From contig JADHWK010000003.1 of NCBI GenBank assembly GCA_016783505.1, positions 1 to 64,000 of the forward strand: a stretch of DNA of 64,000 nt, read 5' to 3'. The notes beneath the pieces are model-generated. The model was not told the origin of the DNA. It searched no databases and saw nothing but the letters and a program-made list of their open reading frames with translations. How positions within the stretch are numbered: the stretch's first letter is position 1; every line of letters begins with the position of its first letter. The DNA comes from Candidatus Zhuqueibacterota bacterium. Its GTDB lineage: Bacteria; BS750m-G25. This document shows, one piece after another, positions 18,660 to 28,503 of this stretch. The translations under genes and the position numbers were made by a program.

Positions 18660-19805
18660 TTAATTGGATCCCTTCTTCCCTGACTTCCTCCGGATGGGGA
18701 CCCCCTGGGGATCCCCCTGTTGTGAGATGTTAAGCAGCACCCCTACCGCCCCCAAAGTTAGGCTTAGCGAACTGCCCCCGTAGCTGAGAAAGGGTAGGGG
18801 AAGACCTGTTGTAGGGAGTAAGCCCACCACCACCCCCATATTTACAAAAGCGTACAGGGATATAGCTGTCAGGAGGCCCAATGCCAGGAAAAAACCGAAC
18901 TCTTCCGGCGCCCGGCGCACAATTCTTACCCCCTTCACCATGATGAATACAAAAGCTGAAAGGACCAGCAGGGCCCCCACAAATCCCCATTCCTCCCCGA
19001 TGATGGCAAAGATAAAATCCGTGTGGGGCTCCGGCAGGAAGAAAAGCTTTTGTTTACTTCCCCCCAATCCCAACCCCCACCATCCCCCGTTGCCCAGGCT
19101 GATCAGGGATTGGGCAGTCTGATAGGGGGGGGCTTCCGCCCCCTGGGTGGAATTGAAGAAAGCCAGCAAACGCTCCCGTCGATAGGGGGCAAAAAAGATC
19201 ACCCCATATAGCACCGGCAAAGACACCAGGGCAGTAATGATCAGGTGGGAAAGCTTAACCCCGGCCACATAAAGCATCAGGATCAACACCAGGGAAATAA
19301 GGAGGGCAGTGGAAAAATCGGGTTGCTGAATGATCAAAAACCCAGCGATAGCCAGAATAACAAGATGGGGGAAGAAACCCCCGAAAAAGCTTTCCAACCG
19401 ATCCCGATTCCGGACCAGCGAGTCGGCAAAAAACAAAATAAGGGTGAACTTAGCGATCTCCGATGGTTGAATGCTCAATCCCCAGATGGCCATCCAGCGG
19501 CTGGTTCCCCGCCCCCCACCCCCAGCCTTAAGCAACAGAGTGGCCACCAAGAGGAGAAAGGAAAACAACAGGATGATTTTCGCATAGCGCTGATAAATTC
19601 GGTAATCAATATGAATGGCCAGAAACAAAAGGAGAAGACCCACGGCCACCCTGATCAGTTGTCTTTTCAAGAAAAAATGGCTGTCCCCAAACTTTTCTTC
19701 AGCCAAAACATTGCTGGCGCTGTAAACCATTACCATCCCCAGCACCACCAGCGCCAGTATTACCAGTAAAAATGACCGGTCTACCCTATTTTTTTTAATC
19801 AGCAT
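18660..19805 (-). CDS. ftsW: SEDS peptidoglycan polymerase FtsW
   Basis: MVYSAS, IQPSE, QPDFST, LPEPHTDFIF, GLPLPFLSYGGSS. Confidence 0.95.
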   Translation of the reverse strand: MLIKKNRVDRSFLLVILALVVLGMVMVYSASNVLAEEKFGDSHFFLKRQLIRVAVGLLLLFLAIHIDYRIYQRYAKIILLFSFLLLVATLLLKAGGGGRGTSRWMAIWGLSIQPSEIAKFTLILFFADSLVRNRDRLESFFGGFFPHLVILAIAGFLIIQQPDFSTALLISLVLILMLYVAGVKLSHLIITALVSLPVLYGVIFFAPYRRERLLAFFNSTQGAEAPPYQTAQSLISLGNGGWWGLGLGGSKQKLFFLPEPHTDFIFAIIGEEWGFVGALLVLSAFVFIMVKGVRIVRRAPEEFGFFLALGLLTAISLYAFVNMGVVVGLLPTTGLPLPFLSYGGSSLSLTLGAVGVLLNISQQGDPQGVPIRRKSGKKGSN

Positions 19806-19812
19806 TCCCTAA

Positions 19813-20916
19813 CTAACGAATTTTAAAGGTGCTCAAACTGAACAGGGCGAACAGGATCCCCAGAATCCAGAAACGGACTACCACCCGGGATTCCGGCCAG
19901 CCCTTGAGTTCAAAATGATGGTGCAGGGGGGCCATCCGAAACAGCCTCCGCCCCTGACCGGATTTTCGCTTGGTGTATTTAAAATAACCCCGCTGTAGGA
20001 TGACGGACAAAACCTCCATTACGAACACCCCACCCACGATGAGCAACAGGAACTCCTTTTTTATTAGAACCGCCAGGGCTCCCAGGGCTCCCCCCAGGGC
20101 CAAAGAGCCGGTATCCCCCATAAACACCTGGGCCGGGGGACAGTTATACCAGAGGAAACCCAGGGCCGCCCCTACTAAGGCGGCGCAGTAAACGGTCAAC
20201 TCTCCGCTGCCCGGCAGATAGATAATGTTGAGATAATCACTGAACAGGGAATGGCCGCTGACATAACTCATTCCGGCGAAGGCCAGTGCGGCGATGCCAA
20301 CCGTTCCGATGGCCAGCCCGTCCAGCCCGTCGGTGAGGTTGACGGCGTTTGATGTGGCGGTGATGACCAGGATGACCATGGGAATATAAAACCAGCCAAA
20401 ATCAATTTCGTAATTTTTGAAGAAAGGCACAGAAGTGATGGAGTTAATGCCCTCAAACTTTGGGGAGAAATAAATAATGGCCCCAATGGAAAACCCCAAA
20501 AGGATTTGCCCCGCCAATTTATACTTTGCCACTAGGCCCCTGGGTTTTTTCTTGACCACCTTTAAATAATCATCCCAAAAGCCCACCAGCCCCATCCACA
20601 GGGTGGTGAAGAGGATAAGATAGGTATAAGGGCTGTTGAAATTCGCAAACAGGATCATGGGAACGAAGATAGAGATCAACAGGATAAACCCGCCCATAGT
20701 GGGGGTGCCCGCTTTTTTCAGATGGCTGGGGGGACCATTCCCGCGAATCTCCTCCCCGATCTGCCTGCGCTTGAGAACCCGGATGATATAGGGACCCACG
20801 ATCAGGCTCAATAAAAGGGCGGTGATGGCCGCCATAGCGGACCTGAAGGTGATGTACCGGAGAATATTCAAACCCGATACGTAAGTCTTCAATGGGTAAA
20901 GGAGATGATAAAGCAT
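19813..20916 (-). CDS. mraY: Phospho-MurNAc-pentapeptide transferase
   Basis: GTPTMGG, DDYLK, NAVNLTDGLDG, FMGDTG, MAPLHHHFE. Confidence 0.97.
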   Translation of the reverse strand: MLYHLLYPLKTYVSGLNILRYITFRSAMAAITALLLSLIVGPYIIRVLKRRQIGEEIRGNGPPSHLKKAGTPTMGGFILLISIFVPMILFANFNSPYTYLILFTTLWMGLVGFWDDYLKVVKKKPRGLVAKYKLAGQILLGFSIGAIIYFSPKFEGINSITSVPFFKNYEIDFGWFYIPMVILVITATSNAVNLTDGLDGLAIGTVGIAALAFAGMSYVSGHSLFSDYLNIIYLPGSGELTVYCAALVGAALGFLWYNCPPAQVFMGDTGSLALGGALGALAVLIKKEFLLLIVGGVFVMEVLSVILQRGYFKYTKRKSGQGRRLFRMAPLHHHFELKGWPESRVVVRFWILGILFALFSLSTFKIR

Positions 20917-21063
20917 AACGAAACTAATTTAGAACTCAGTATTTCTTCAAAATGGAGTAGTGGAATGTTGGAATATTGGAAGGTTGGCCGACAGCCCGCA
21001 GGGAATGCTGGAAGGTTGGGTGTGCCCATTCTTCCATTCTTCCATTCTTCCACTCTTCCATTC

Positions 21064-22464
21064 TTATATTTTTTCCACCACTTCTTCCATAGCCATACCC
21101 CGGGAGCCCTTAACTAGTACCAAATCCCCCGGTTTTATGATGCTTTTTACGAAATCTATTAAACCCTGTTTCGATTCAAAATGATGGTAATGCAGAAGTC
21201 CCGCCTCCCGGGCGGTCTCGCAGGTAAATCGAGACCAAGGGCCGTAGGTTACCAGCTCGTCAATATCCAACTCAGCCGCCAAACGCCCCACCTTTTCATG
21301 CTCCCGTAGTGACTCTCCCCCCAGCTCTAACATATCCCCCAGAACGGCAATTCTACGCCCCCCCGTTTTCATGGCCCTGATTAACTGCAGGGCGGCTTGG
21401 GTGGAATCGAAGTTGGCATTGTAGGTATCATTGATGATAGTGATACCCTTTTTAATCCCCAATGAGGTCCGTTGACTTAAAGGTTGATAACCCTCCAGCG
21501 CCGCTTTGATCCCATCCAAATGGATGCCGAAATGTAACCCGATGGCGGCCGCAGCTAAGGCGTTGTGGACATTATGACCACCCAAGATTCCCAATTTGAT
21601 CCTCACCCCATCAATTTGCAAAGAAGGAAATCCCCGCTCATCTAAGCCTAAAAACCTCCCTGCTACCCAGCCTTTAACCTCAACGCCAGAGGCAGGCTCC
21701 GGCAATTTTTTTCCTGGACGGCCCAAACCGTACAGGAAGACTGCCCTGGCATAATGGCAATTTTTTAGGATCCGGGGATCATCGGTATTCACAAACGCCA
21801 GCCCTTTCCGTTCCCCTAAATAGGAGAACAATTCGGCTTTGGCCCGAGCAACCCCTTCGATGGAGTCGAAGAATTGAAGGTGGGCGCCCCCCACATTGGT
21901 GATCAGACCGTATTGAGGATCGGCGATCCGGCAGAGCTCTTCGATCTCACCCGGACAACACGCCCCTATCTCCACCACCCCTATCTGATGGTCTTTCTCG
22001 AGGCGACATAGGGTCAACGGCATTCCCAGGCAGTTGTTATAGTTACCCGGTGTTTTGAGAACCCGATACCCTCGGGATAACACCGCCGCCACCATTTCCT
22101 TGGTGGTTGTCTTGCCGTTGGTTCCGGTAATGGCGATCACCTCCAGGGAAAATTTGGACCGGTAATAACGGGCCAGGGTCTGCAGGGCCGTCAAGGGATC
22201 CTGTACGGGCAGACAGGGATGACTATTGTCCATCCCCTCCCTTTTCTTCAACCATAATACAGATACCACCGCCGCCAGCGCCCCCTTTTCAAAAGCCTGG
22301 GGGATGAAATCATGGCCATCAGCCCGCTCCCCTTTGAGGGCAAAGAACAACTGGCCAGGGGAGAGGGTTCTGGAATCAACACCCACCCCCTTCACTATCC
22401 TATCCGGCTCATTCCTGACAGGACAGGAAAAGAGGGATCCCAGTTCTTTCAGAGTCAGATCCAT
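21064..22464 (-). CDS. murF: UDP-MurNAc-tripeptide--D-Ala-D-Ala ligase
   Basis: GTNGKTTTKEM, NYNNCLGMPLTL, INDTYNAN, GDMLELG, VLVKGSRGM. Confidence 0.93.
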   Translation of the reverse strand: MDLTLKELGSLFSCPVRNEPDRIVKGVGVDSRTLSPGQLFFALKGERADGHDFIPQAFEKGALAAVVSVLWLKKREGMDNSHPCLPVQDPLTALQTLARYYRSKFSLEVIAITGTNGKTTTKEMVAAVLSRGYRVLKTPGNYNNCLGMPLTLCRLEKDHQIGVVEIGACCPGEIEELCRIADPQYGLITNVGGAHLQFFDSIEGVARAKAELFSYLGERKGLAFVNTDDPRILKNCHYARAVFLYGLGRPGKKLPEPASGVEVKGWVAGRFLGLDERGFPSLQIDGVRIKLGILGGHNVHNALAAAAIGLHFGIHLDGIKAALEGYQPLSQRTSLGIKKGITIINDTYNANFDSTQAALQLIRAMKTGGRRIAVLGDMLELGGESLREHEKVGRLAAELDIDELVTYGPWSRFTCETAREAGLLHYHHFESKQGLIDFVKSIIKPGDLVLVKGSRGMAMEEVVEKI

Positions 22465-22656
22465 CTGTTCTTTAGCTCACCCCCTCTTCCCGGGTTTTCA
22501 TGGCATAAATCCTAAATTCGATCCCGAACATCCGGGACGAAACAAATTTAGAAATCAAATATTCCGCCGCTGCGGATTCAAAACGTTATCCACTTTTAAG
22601 CAAAATGGAACCGAAAATATTTATGAATTCAATCGTAAAATTCGGGAAAAACCGGC

Positions 22657-24810
22657 TCACTGACCATCTGATCGGCAGATCAGCCTACAGGTTGCCCCAG
22701 CCAGGACCCTGGTCCCCGGAGGGGGGACCTGTCCCACCACCACCCCGCTGCCGGTCAGTCGGAAATCGAGGCGGTCCACCGCTAACCGGTTGATGGCCGC
22801 CCTGATGCTTAAACCCTTCAGGTTGGGGACCCTGCGGAGCCCCTCTATGAAGGAAGAAGCCGGTCTAATTGTCAGGGCCAGTTCTTCCCCAGGGCCCAGG
22901 CTACATCCAGGCTGAGGAAGCTGGTAGACCACCCAATCCCCCTGTCCTTCCATCCGGTAGGGAATCCCCCCCTCTTCTAATATTCTGATGACCTCTTTCA
23001 ACGGGAGATCCTGCACCGCTAACGCCTTCCCCCCGTGCCTCTCACCACCGTAATCTTCACCCCCGGCCAACTCCTCCCCTTGATAGGGTTGAAAAGAAGG
23101 GGTTCGCCAGATGCGTTCAGCAATCCTCCGGAAGACCGGAGCCGCCACTTTACTCCCCAGATGCTCCCCACGGGGGGATTCCACCACAACCTCAATGAGA
23201 ATCGTAGGTTCTTCCACGGGGAAAAAACCCACAAACGAGGCCACAAATTCGGTCTCAGAATAACCCCCCTGTAGGGGGTCGACCTTCTGGGCGGTTCCCG
23301 TTTTTCCGGCTATCCTCAGTCCCGGAACCTGAGCGGATTTTCCCGTCCCTTCCAGGATGGCCCCCTCCAGAAATTTGGTGAGCTGGGCCGCCACCTGGCG
23401 GGGAATAACCCGCCTCACCACCTCCGGGCCCTCGAACGTCTGAGGGATTCCGTGGTCATCCCGGATGGCCTTGATCAACCTCGGCTTCAGCAAGAATCCC
23501 CCGTTAGCCACCGCTCCGTAGGCCATAGCCAGTTGTAGGGCGGTGACCGAAACCCCCTGGCCGATGGCAACCTGGGCCAGGGTGAGGGGGGTCCATTGAT
23601 TAGGTTCAAGTAGAATGCCCCTCACCTCCCCCACTAGATCGAGGTCCGTCTTACTCCCAAACCCAAACCGTCGGCTGTACTGGTATAGGGTGGCCCGGCC
23701 TAACCCCTGGGCCATCTTGATCACCCCGATATTGCTCGAGTAACCCAAAATCCTCCCCAGGGTCAACCAGCCGTAGCCCCCCCGATGGGCGTCCCGGATG
23801 ACAGCCTCACCCACCCGATAGCGGCCGTTTTCGCAGAAGAAAATATCCTTCTCTGTAACCCGGCTCTCGGCCAGTGCCGCAGCAATGGTGACAATTTTAA
23901 AGGTAGATCCCGGTTCGAAGATGTCGGTGATGACCTTGTTCTTACGGGCTTGGGGGGGGAAATCCCCGGGACGGTTGGGATCAAAGGTCGGCCCACTGGC
24001 CATGGCCAGTATCTCACCGGTTTGCGGATTAGTGACCAGTCCCATACATTTTGGGGCCCCAAACTTCTTCACCACCCACTTTAATTCTTCCTCAAGTATG
24101 GTCTGGATAACCACATCCAGGGTAAGGGCAACATGCCCACCGTCTGTGGCCTTCTTCTGGGGAAAGTCGGGGCGGGGATTCTGCCTGCCCAAGCCATCGC
24201 TTTGCAGGATCATCCAGCCCGGGCTGCCCTGAAGCAACCGATCGTATGTCACTTCAATTCCGCTCAGCCCCCTACTGTCCACATCGGTAAATCCGACCAC
24301 TTGTGCCCCGATTTTTCCGTATGGATAGGTGCGTTGCGCCTCTCGGAACAGGGAGAGACCTTCCTCACCCCAACTGGCGATCTCCTCACCCTGGGCTTGA
24401 TCAGCTCGTCGGGTAATCCAGACGAAGGGACTGGGGGAACTCAATCGGGCCAACACGTATCCGGGAGAGGAACCCAACAATTGGGCCAGTTTTTGTGAAA
24501 GGAGCTTGGGATCTTTTATCTTTGGTGGATGGGCCCCCACAGCATAACAATCGGGCAGGTTGAGGGCCAGTCGTTCCCCATTACGGTCGCTAATTATCCC
24601 CCGATGGGGCTTAAGGTCAATCCGGTTCTGATACTGCCGCTCGGCCCTCTCCCGGTAGCTTTCCCGGTGAATGATCTGAATGGAAACCAACCGGTAGGCA
24701 ACTGCCCCGTAGGAAACCAGGCCTAAACAGAAAACCACCCACACCCGAAAAAGACTTCGGATCAGATAGGATCTTTTAGAGTTAATTGCCATAATTTCAA
24801 AAATTGCCAA
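22657..24810 (-). CDS. ftsI: Class B penicillin-binding protein with PASTA domains (start may be 24792)
   Basis: EPGSTFK, SSN, KTGTAQK; dcw position. Confidence 0.92.
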   Translation of the reverse strand: MAIFEIMAINSKRSYLIRSLFRVWVVFCLGLVSYGAVAYRLVSIQIIHRESYRERAERQYQNRIDLKPHRGIISDRNGERLALNLPDCYAVGAHPPKIKDPKLLSQKLAQLLGSSPGYVLARLSSPSPFVWITRRADQAQGEEIASWGEEGLSLFREAQRTYPYGKIGAQVVGFTDVDSRGLSGIEVTYDRLLQGSPGWMILQSDGLGRQNPRPDFPQKKATDGGHVALTLDVVIQTILEEELKWVVKKFGAPKCMGLVTNPQTGEILAMASGPTFDPNRPGDFPPQARKNKVITDIFEPGSTFKIVTIAAALAESRVTEKDIFFCENGRYRVGEAVIRDAHRGGYGWLTLGRILGYSSNIGVIKMAQGLGRATLYQYSRRFGFGSKTDLDLVGEVRGILLEPNQWTPLTLAQVAIGQGVSVTALQLAMAYGAVANGGFLLKPRLIKAIRDDHGIPQTFEGPEVVRRVIPRQVAAQLTKFLEGAILEGTGKSAQVPGLRIAGKTGTAQKVDPLQGGYSETEFVASFVGFFPVEEPTILIEVVVESPRGEHLGSKVAAPVFRRIAERIWRTPSFQPYQGEELAGGEDYGGERHGGKALAVQDLPLKEVIRILEEGGIPYRMEGQGDWVVYQLPQPGCSLGPGEELALTIRPASSFIEGLRRVPNLKGLSIRAAINRLAVDRLDFRLTGSGVVVGQVPPPGTRVLAGATCRLICRSDGQ

Positions 24811-24884
24811 AAGTTCAAAGATTGTTGTAATTAGTATAATTTCTTATTAAATAATTTTTGAAATTTAGACAATCTTTGAACTTT

Positions 24885-25235
24885 TTAAAATTCTTTATCC
24901 ATAGGGACCCTTACCACCGGCACTTTGCCCTCCGGTAAGGTCATACCCAGTTGGCTGCGTGCCAGTTTTTCAATACGATCAAAACTGCTCAGACGGTCCA
25001 GGTGCACGCTTAAGATCTGGACCCGATTTTCCAATTTGGTCTTGGTAACCCGAAGTTCGCCTACCTCTCTAACCAGTTTTCCTGTTTGAATCCCTTCCCA
25101 TACATAGAAAACCAGAAGCAGGGTCAGAAGGAGGGAAGGCCCTGCCCATTTTTTCAACGAAAACCCGGGCGAAGGGACAACACCATTTGAATCGAAACGC
25201 CGGAATTGTCCTCTTCTATTTTCAGATTTTACCAT
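24885..25235 (-). CDS. ftsL: Cell division protein FtsL-like
   Basis: Single TM, coiled coil, RIEKLARSQLGM; lies between rsmH and ftsI. Confidence 0.8.
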   Translation of the reverse strand: MVKSENRRGQFRRFDSNGVVPSPGFSLKKWAGPSLLLTLLLVFYVWEGIQTGKLVREVGELRVTKTKLENRVQILSVHLDRLSSFDRIEKLARSQLGMTLPEGKVPVVRVPMDKEF

Positions 25236-25246
25236 TATCCGAAATG

Positions 25247-26212
25247 TTAAGTTTTAACCCTTTCAGCCACCCGGAGGGCTCCGCTGCGGCATCGGGGGTT
25301 AGCGCTCACCTCTTCGGTGCTAGGTCGGACGGGCTTTGGGGTCAAGACTTTTAAAATTGGTTCAGCCCCGCATCGGCATTCAGGAAAGTTGGGAGGACAG
25401 CGGCAATCCTTAGCCTGATCACGGAAAAAGGTCTTTACCAGCCGATCCTCTAAGGAATGATAGGAGATAACAGCGATGCGGCCTCCGAGTCGGAGGGCCT
25501 TCACCGCCATGGGCAGGAATGCCTCTAAATTTTCAAGCTCATGGTTGACTTCAATCCTGATGGCCTGAAACAATCGGGACAGGCGTTTGGTCACCGGGCC
25601 CCCACCCAACCCCCTACGAACAATGGCCGCCAGTTCGGCCGTAGTGGTGATGGGTTGAGTCCTCCTCCGGTTAACAATATTCCTGGCGATGAAACGGGCT
25701 CTTTTCCTCCCTCCGTAGTAAAAAAAAATGTCGGCTAATTTGGATTCAGAATAAGAATTAATCACACCCCAGGCGGTAAGGGCAGAGTCAGGATCCATTC
25801 TCATGTCCAGCTTTCCGGCGAAGCGGTAGCTAAAACCCCTCCCGGGGGTATCCAGGTGATGGGAAGAAACGCCCAAATCCAGCAGGATGCCGTCTAGCTC
25901 CCTAAAACCCGTAGCGGCAAGGATTTCCTCAAGGGCAGTATAATTAGCCCGGATCAAGATAACATTGTTGAAATTTTTCAACCGTTCCCGGGCATAAAAG
26001 ATCGCCTCGGGGTCCCAATCCAGCCCGATGAGTCGTCCCTCGGGCTTAAGCTTGACCAGAATAGCCAGGGCGTGGCCACCGCCGCCCACCGTACCGTCCA
26101 GATAGAACCCATCCCCCCGGGTGATTAAAAGATTTGACACCTCCTCAACCATTACCGGTACGTGAAAAGATGGATCCCCCGGGGAAGGATTTTGCTGACA
26201 CCGATTGGACAA
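25247..26212 (-). CDS. rsmH: 16S rRNA m4C1402 methyltransferase
   Basis: HVPVM, DGTVGGGGH, DLGVSS, LDMRM, FQAIRIEVN, SYHSLEDR. Confidence 0.96.
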   Translation of the reverse strand: MSNRCQQNPSPGDPSFHVPVMVEEVSNLLITRGDGFYLDGTVGGGGHALAILVKLKPEGRLIGLDWDPEAIFYARERLKNFNNVILIRANYTALEEILAATGFRELDGILLDLGVSSHHLDTPGRGFSYRFAGKLDMRMDPDSALTAWGVINSYSESKLADIFFYYGGRKRARFIARNIVNRRRTQPITTTAELAAIVRRGLGGGPVTKRLSRLFQAIRIEVNHELENLEAFLPMAVKALRLGGRIAVISYHSLEDRLVKTFFRDQAKDCRCPPNFPECRCGAEPILKVLTPKPVRPSTEEVSANPRCRSGALRVAERVKT

Positions 26213-26225
26213 AATGATTCCTTTT

Positions 26226-26258
26226 AATCTTGCGAAGGTTCAAAACCTTCGCAAGATT
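26226..26258. repeat. Perfect 15-bp-stem palindrome (REP-like) inside the dcw operon
   Basis: AATCTTGCGAAGGTT-CAA-AACCTTCGCAAGATT. Confidence 0.75.
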
Positions 26259-26594
26259 TTATTTGAAACTCTGGACCGCCTCTCCTTCATCCCGACAGAT
26301 GTCGAACAGGCGCTTGAGGAACGAGGTCTTTAAAAACCCACCATTTTCCCCATTCAGATGGGTAATTTTCAATTGTCCCCCCGATTCACGAATACGGGAG
26401 TAGGCGGAGACCAAAATCCCCAGGCTTCTGTGGGATGTAATGGATACTCCGGCTAGATTAAGGACAATATGAAGTTTGTCCTTCTCGATCAGCCAGGAAA
26501 TGATATGGTCCAACTGAACCATTCCCACCGGGTTCAAATCCCCCCTCAAACGGAGGATGGCGACACCCCTCCGTTCCCTGAGAATCATCTCCAT
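26259..26594 (-). CDS. STAS-domain protein (anti-sigma antagonist-like)
   Basis: VAILRLRGDL, HIVLNLAGVS.....LGILV, GGQLKI, EAVQSF. Confidence 0.8.
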   Translation of the reverse strand: MEMILRERRGVAILRLRGDLNPVGMVQLDHIISWLIEKDKLHIVLNLAGVSITSHRSLGILVSAYSRIRESGGQLKITHLNGENGGFLKTSFLKRLFDICRDEGEAVQSFK

Positions 26595-26682
26595 GGAAGG
26601 TACACCTTTGACTATTTTGGGTTAGGCGAGAATTATATAAATGAAGGGATACTGTCTAAAACTGGAAAGATCGCCAAGGAAG

Positions 26683-27123
26683 CTAAAACATAATAGTCTC
26701 GGCAATTTGTTCGTAGGACTCGGAAGATTTTTCTATGTAGTCTTTAAAAATATGGGTAGCCCAGATCTCAATGTGATCCAGGGCACCGATGATTATCACC
26801 TCCTTCTGAATACCGGCTGTCTGTAGCAAAGGGGCTGGGATAGGAATACGGCCCTGCTTGTCGAATTGGCCTTCTGAAGCATGGGCGGTCATCATCCTGA
26901 CGAAGAGCCGGTGATTTTTTTGGGTCATAGAAAGACCCCTCAGTTTATCCTCTATCTTTTTCCACTCGTCTAAGGGATAGACAAAGAGACACTGTTCAAG
27001 ACCCCGGGTAACCACGAAGGTTTCATTAGCTTCAGGGGGCAAGGCCTTCCGGAATTTTGCCGGGATGTTCACCCGACCCTTATCGTCGAGGGAATATTGA
27101 TACTGCCCTTTAAAAGAAGACAT
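26683..27123 (-). CDS. mraZ: Division/cell wall cluster repressor MraZ
   Basis: LDDKGRVNIPAKFR, RGLEQCLFVYP, DKQGRIPIP, DHIEIW. Confidence 0.96.
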   Translation of the reverse strand: MSSFKGQYQYSLDDKGRVNIPAKFRKALPPEANETFVVTRGLEQCLFVYPLDEWKKIEDKLRGLSMTQKNHRLFVRMMTAHASEGQFDKQGRIPIPAPLLQTAGIQKEVIIIGALDHIEIWATHIFKDYIEKSSESYEQIAETIMF

Positions 27124-27136
27124 AAGAAAATAGATT

Positions 27137-27200
27137 CCCCATTTCTACCCACTATTACCCACTTAGTTAGAATAATAAGACATTTTTCTCAAAAAGTCAA
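27137..27200 (-). promoter_or_regulatory. dcw promoter with three MraZ boxes
   Basis: TTGACT-17bp-TATTAT (27200-27172) followed by GTGGG/GTGGG/ATGGG at 10-bp spacing (27162-27137). Confidence 0.75.
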
Positions 27201-27754
27201 GAGAAAAATAAAAAAAATAGCCCTATGGGCTATTTTAAAGGGGTCAAAACCCCGGTTCCCCCCTTTTTTGGGGAGGAACATTTAAAAGCGACTGATCTTC
27301 CGGGAAGTTAGGTCATCTAATCTTTCCCCCTGCCCGGATTATAGTGAAGCTTCGCCTCCCTGGGCCATGCGGCGTCTAGCCCCGGGTAGGCAAACCGATA
27401 AGACAAGAATTAAGAAAATCCGAAATCCGAATATCGAAATCCGAAACATCCCGAATAATCGGGACAAATATCAAATGCTCAAAAAGTTTTTCACTTATAC
27501 GCAATATGGCTCTCGCCTTTTTAGCGAACGAAAGAGGTGCGATATTCCAAATCATGTTGTTTAGGATTTTGAATTTTAGTCATTGGTCAGGCGCCCAACT
27601 GATTTGTATTTGTTTCGAGCTTCGTCCCGAAGGTTCGGGATCGTGCTTCCGTCAGGCGCCGGACTGATCGGATTATTTAAGGTATTTTGTTCTGCAATAA
27701 AGTTGCATCGCTGACTAACCACTAAAATTCGGGAAAACTCTATCTTCTCCCCAT

Positions 27755-28492
27755 TTATCCCCTTCTCGATGAATAGAAATTGGGTTCGTCATCCGCCAGC
27801 TCATTGGCCAATTTCAGCGACTCGAAGGTGCCCGCGTCAGTCCACCATCCCCGCATGAGGTTAAAGGTCATCTCTCCCCTCCTGATGTAATCGTTGTTCA
27901 CGTCCGTTATCTCCAGTTCGCCCCGCCCCGAGGGCTTTAGGGTACGGATAATATCGAACACCCGGGGATCATACATGTAAATGCCAGTAACGGCCAGCTT
28001 GCTCTTTGGTTCTTTGGGCTTTTCATCGATAGACAAAATCTTATTCCCCCTGACTTCCGCCACTCCGAAGCGCTGCGGATGGGGAACCTCCTTCAATAAA
28101 ACTTTAGCCCCCTTTCCTTGGTTTCGATATTCTTCAACGTAGGTAGTAATATCATCGGCAAAGATGTTGTCCCCCAAGATAACCACCATCAGCTCTTCCC
28201 CCACAAACACCTCGGCCAATCCTAAGGCCTCGGCTATCCCCCTCGCTTCATCCTGGACCTTGTAGGTAAACTGGCATTTAAAATCCCTCCCGCTGCCCAA
28301 AAGGTTGACCACATCCCCCATATGTTCCACCCCGGTGACTACCAGAATATCTTTTACACCCGCCCTGAGTAGTTTCTTAATCGGATGAAAAATCATCGGT
28401 TCGTGACCCACAGGAAGCAGGTGTTTGTTGGTCACCTTGGTCAAGGGATAAAGCCTCGACCCCGTTCCCCCCGCCAGAATAATCCCTTTCAT
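27755..28492 (-). CDS. Sugar-1-phosphate nucleotidyltransferase (glucose-1-P thymidylyltransferase, short form)
   Basis: MKGIILAGGTGSRLYPLT, RGELEITD, WTDAGT. Confidence 0.9.
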   Translation of the reverse strand: MKGIILAGGTGSRLYPLTKVTNKHLLPVGHEPMIFHPIKKLLRAGVKDILVVTGVEHMGDVVNLLGSGRDFKCQFTYKVQDEARGIAEALGLAEVFVGEELMVVILGDNIFADDITTYVEEYRNQGKGAKVLLKEVPHPQRFGVAEVRGNKILSIDEKPKEPKSKLAVTGIYMYDPRVFDIIRTLKPSGRGELEITDVNNDYIRRGEMTFNLMRGWWTDAGTFESLKLANELADDEPNFYSSRRG

Positions 28493-28503
28493 CGTCCCTC
28501 CGA

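Noticed and set aside
25690-25730. rsmH YGGRK in place of the usual YGEE as a compensated frameshift
   Set aside because: The frame is intact and simple substitution cannot be excluded without homologues.
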